In this document: in pieces, positions 16,918-17,970 of the stretch
How the letters are laid out: each line of letters starts with the position of its first letter
Numbering within the stretch: position 1 is the stretch's first letter
Virus record (IMG/VR): IMGVR_UViG_2718218128_000004
DNA length: 17,970 nucleotides
Direction: 5' to 3' (one strand)
Source of the DNA: a virus
Lineage: Duplodnaviria > Heunggongvirae > Uroviricota > Caudoviricetes
The notes under the pieces: model-generated
Databases searched by the model: none
What the model was told of the DNA's origin: nothing
What the model saw: the letters and a program-made list of their open reading frames with translations, nothing else
Program-made: the position numbers and the translations under genes

Positions 16918-17970
16918 ATGGCAGTACGAAAACTCACCACCGGAAAATGGCTTTGCGAATGTTACCCCGCCGGACGTAGTGGGCGTCGTGTGCGTAAACA
17001 ATTCGCCACCAAAGGCGAAGCTCTGGCTTTTGAGCGTCACACGATGGACGAAACCGAAGCAAAGCCCTGGCTGGGTGAATCAGTGGATCGTCGAACACTG
17101 AAAGACGTGGTTGAGCTATGGTTCAAACTACATGGTAAATCTCTGACAGCTGGGCAGCATGTCTATGACAAATTGCTGTTGATGGTTGACGCTCTGGGCA
17201 ATCCCCTTGCAACCGATCTCACATCTAAAATGTTTGCCCACTATCGAGATAAACGCCTGACAGGTGAGATCTATTTCAGCGAGAAATGGAAAAAAGGAGC
17301 AAGCCCGGTCACTATTAACCTGGAGCAAAGCTATCTAAGTAGTGTTTTTAGCGAACTATCCCGCCTGGGCGAATGGTCGCATCCGAACCCACTGGAGAAC
17401 ATGCGAAAATTCACTATCGCAGAAAAAGAGATGGCATGGCTTACCCATGAGCAGATTGTTGAATTGCTGGCTGATTGCAAACGTCAGGACCCAATTCTGG
17501 CACTGGTAGTTAAGATATGCTTAAGCACAGGCGCACGCTGGCGTGAAGCCGTAAATCTTACCCGCTCACAGGTGACTAAATACCGAATTACCTTTGTCAG
17601 AACGAAGGGGAAGAAAAACAGAAGCATCCCTATCAGTAAAGAGCTTTACGAAGAGATCATGGCGCTTGATGGGTTCAATTTCTTTACAGACTGCTATTTT
17701 CAATTTTTATCCGTGATGGAAAAAACGTCTATCGTGCTCCCTCGCGGTCAACTGACACACGTTCTGCGCCATACGTTTGCGGCGCACTTCATGATGTCGG
17801 GTGGAAATATCCTGGCCTTACAAAAAATTCTCGGGCATCACGATATAAAAATGACTATGCGTTACGCACATCTGGCACCGGATCATCTGGAAACGGCGCT
17901 CCGTTTCAATCCTCTGGCAACGCTGCCAAGTGGCGACAAAGTGGCGGCAGCGGTTGGCATTACCCCGTAA
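16918..17970 (+). CDS. int: Tyrosine site-specific integrase (P2/186 family)
   Basis: 350-aa ORF with tyrosine recombinase signatures: conserved HVLRHTFA box, LGH motif and catalytic Tyr in MTMRYAHL; N-terminus (MAVRKLTTGKW...GRRVRKQFATKGEALAFE) typical of P2-family integrases; stop codon is at the window end. Confidence 0.9.
   Translation: MAVRKLTTGKWLCECYPAGRSGRRVRKQFATKGEALAFERHTMDETEAKPWLGESVDRRTLKDVVELWFKLHGKSLTAGQHVYDKLLLMVDALGNPLATDLTSKMFAHYRDKRLTGEIYFSEKWKKGASPVTINLEQSYLSSVFSELSRLGEWSHPNPLENMRKFTIAEKEMAWLTHEQIVELLADCKRQDPILALVVKICLSTGARWREAVNLTRSQVTKYRITFVRTKGKKNRSIPISKELYEEIMALDGFNFFTDCYFQFLSVMEKTSIVLPRGQLTHVLRHTFAAHFMMSGGNILALQKILGHHDIKMTMRYAHLAPDHLETALRFNPLATLPSGDKVAAAVGITP

Larger units (their letters stand above)
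2777..17970. mobile_element. Degraded P2/186-family prophage (left boundary approximate; right end runs beyond the window past int)
   Basis: Gene order ogr - H' - I - J' - Q' - cos-like - SOS genes - A - dam - traR-like - cII - apl - cI - int is the reverse of the canonical P2/186 prophage map; att sites could not be defined because the int-proximal junction lies outside the window. Confidence 0.85.

Noticed and set aside
1-17970. Searched for CRISPR arrays, tRNA/rRNA genes and IS elements
   Set aside because: No regularly spaced direct repeats, no cloverleaf-like candidates and no transposase-like ORFs or terminal inverted repeats were seen by eye; the prophage appears to sit in an intergenic site and not in a tRNA gene.

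Overview
The window starts in conserved E. coli-type chromosome (grxA, ybjM, ybjL; recognised from their protein sequences) and then, from about 2.8 kb to the window end, runs through a degraded P2/186-family prophage. The prophage keeps an apparently intact lysogeny and replication module: integrase, a 186-type CI repressor, Apl, CII, a Dam methyltransferase, a TraR-like zinc finger protein and replication initiator A. Its virion module is reduced to ogr, baseplate gene I and three gene fragments (tail fibre H N-terminus, baseplate J C-terminus, portal Q C-terminus) joined by deletions. Three conspicuously AT-rich, translationally coupled cassettes with no recognisable homology sit inside this scaffold and are the main candidates for an undescribed system: a three-gene operon (5568-7786, minus) between the Q remnant and a cos-like sequence; a two-gene operon (8874-9703, plus) encoding a soluble protein and a 3-TM membrane protein between cos and gene A, the position P2 uses for old/tin; and a 325-aa coiled-coil/2-TM protein (15853-16830) co-transcribed with cI upstream of int. 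Also notable are a CI repressor with a tandemly duplicated N-terminal HTH domain and a near-consensus LexA box over a strong promoter driving two small genes. All calls rest on reading the translations and sequence by eye; no database search or computation was run, and GC content was judged from hand counts of sample lines (about 27% in cassette DNA versus about 52% in gene A).
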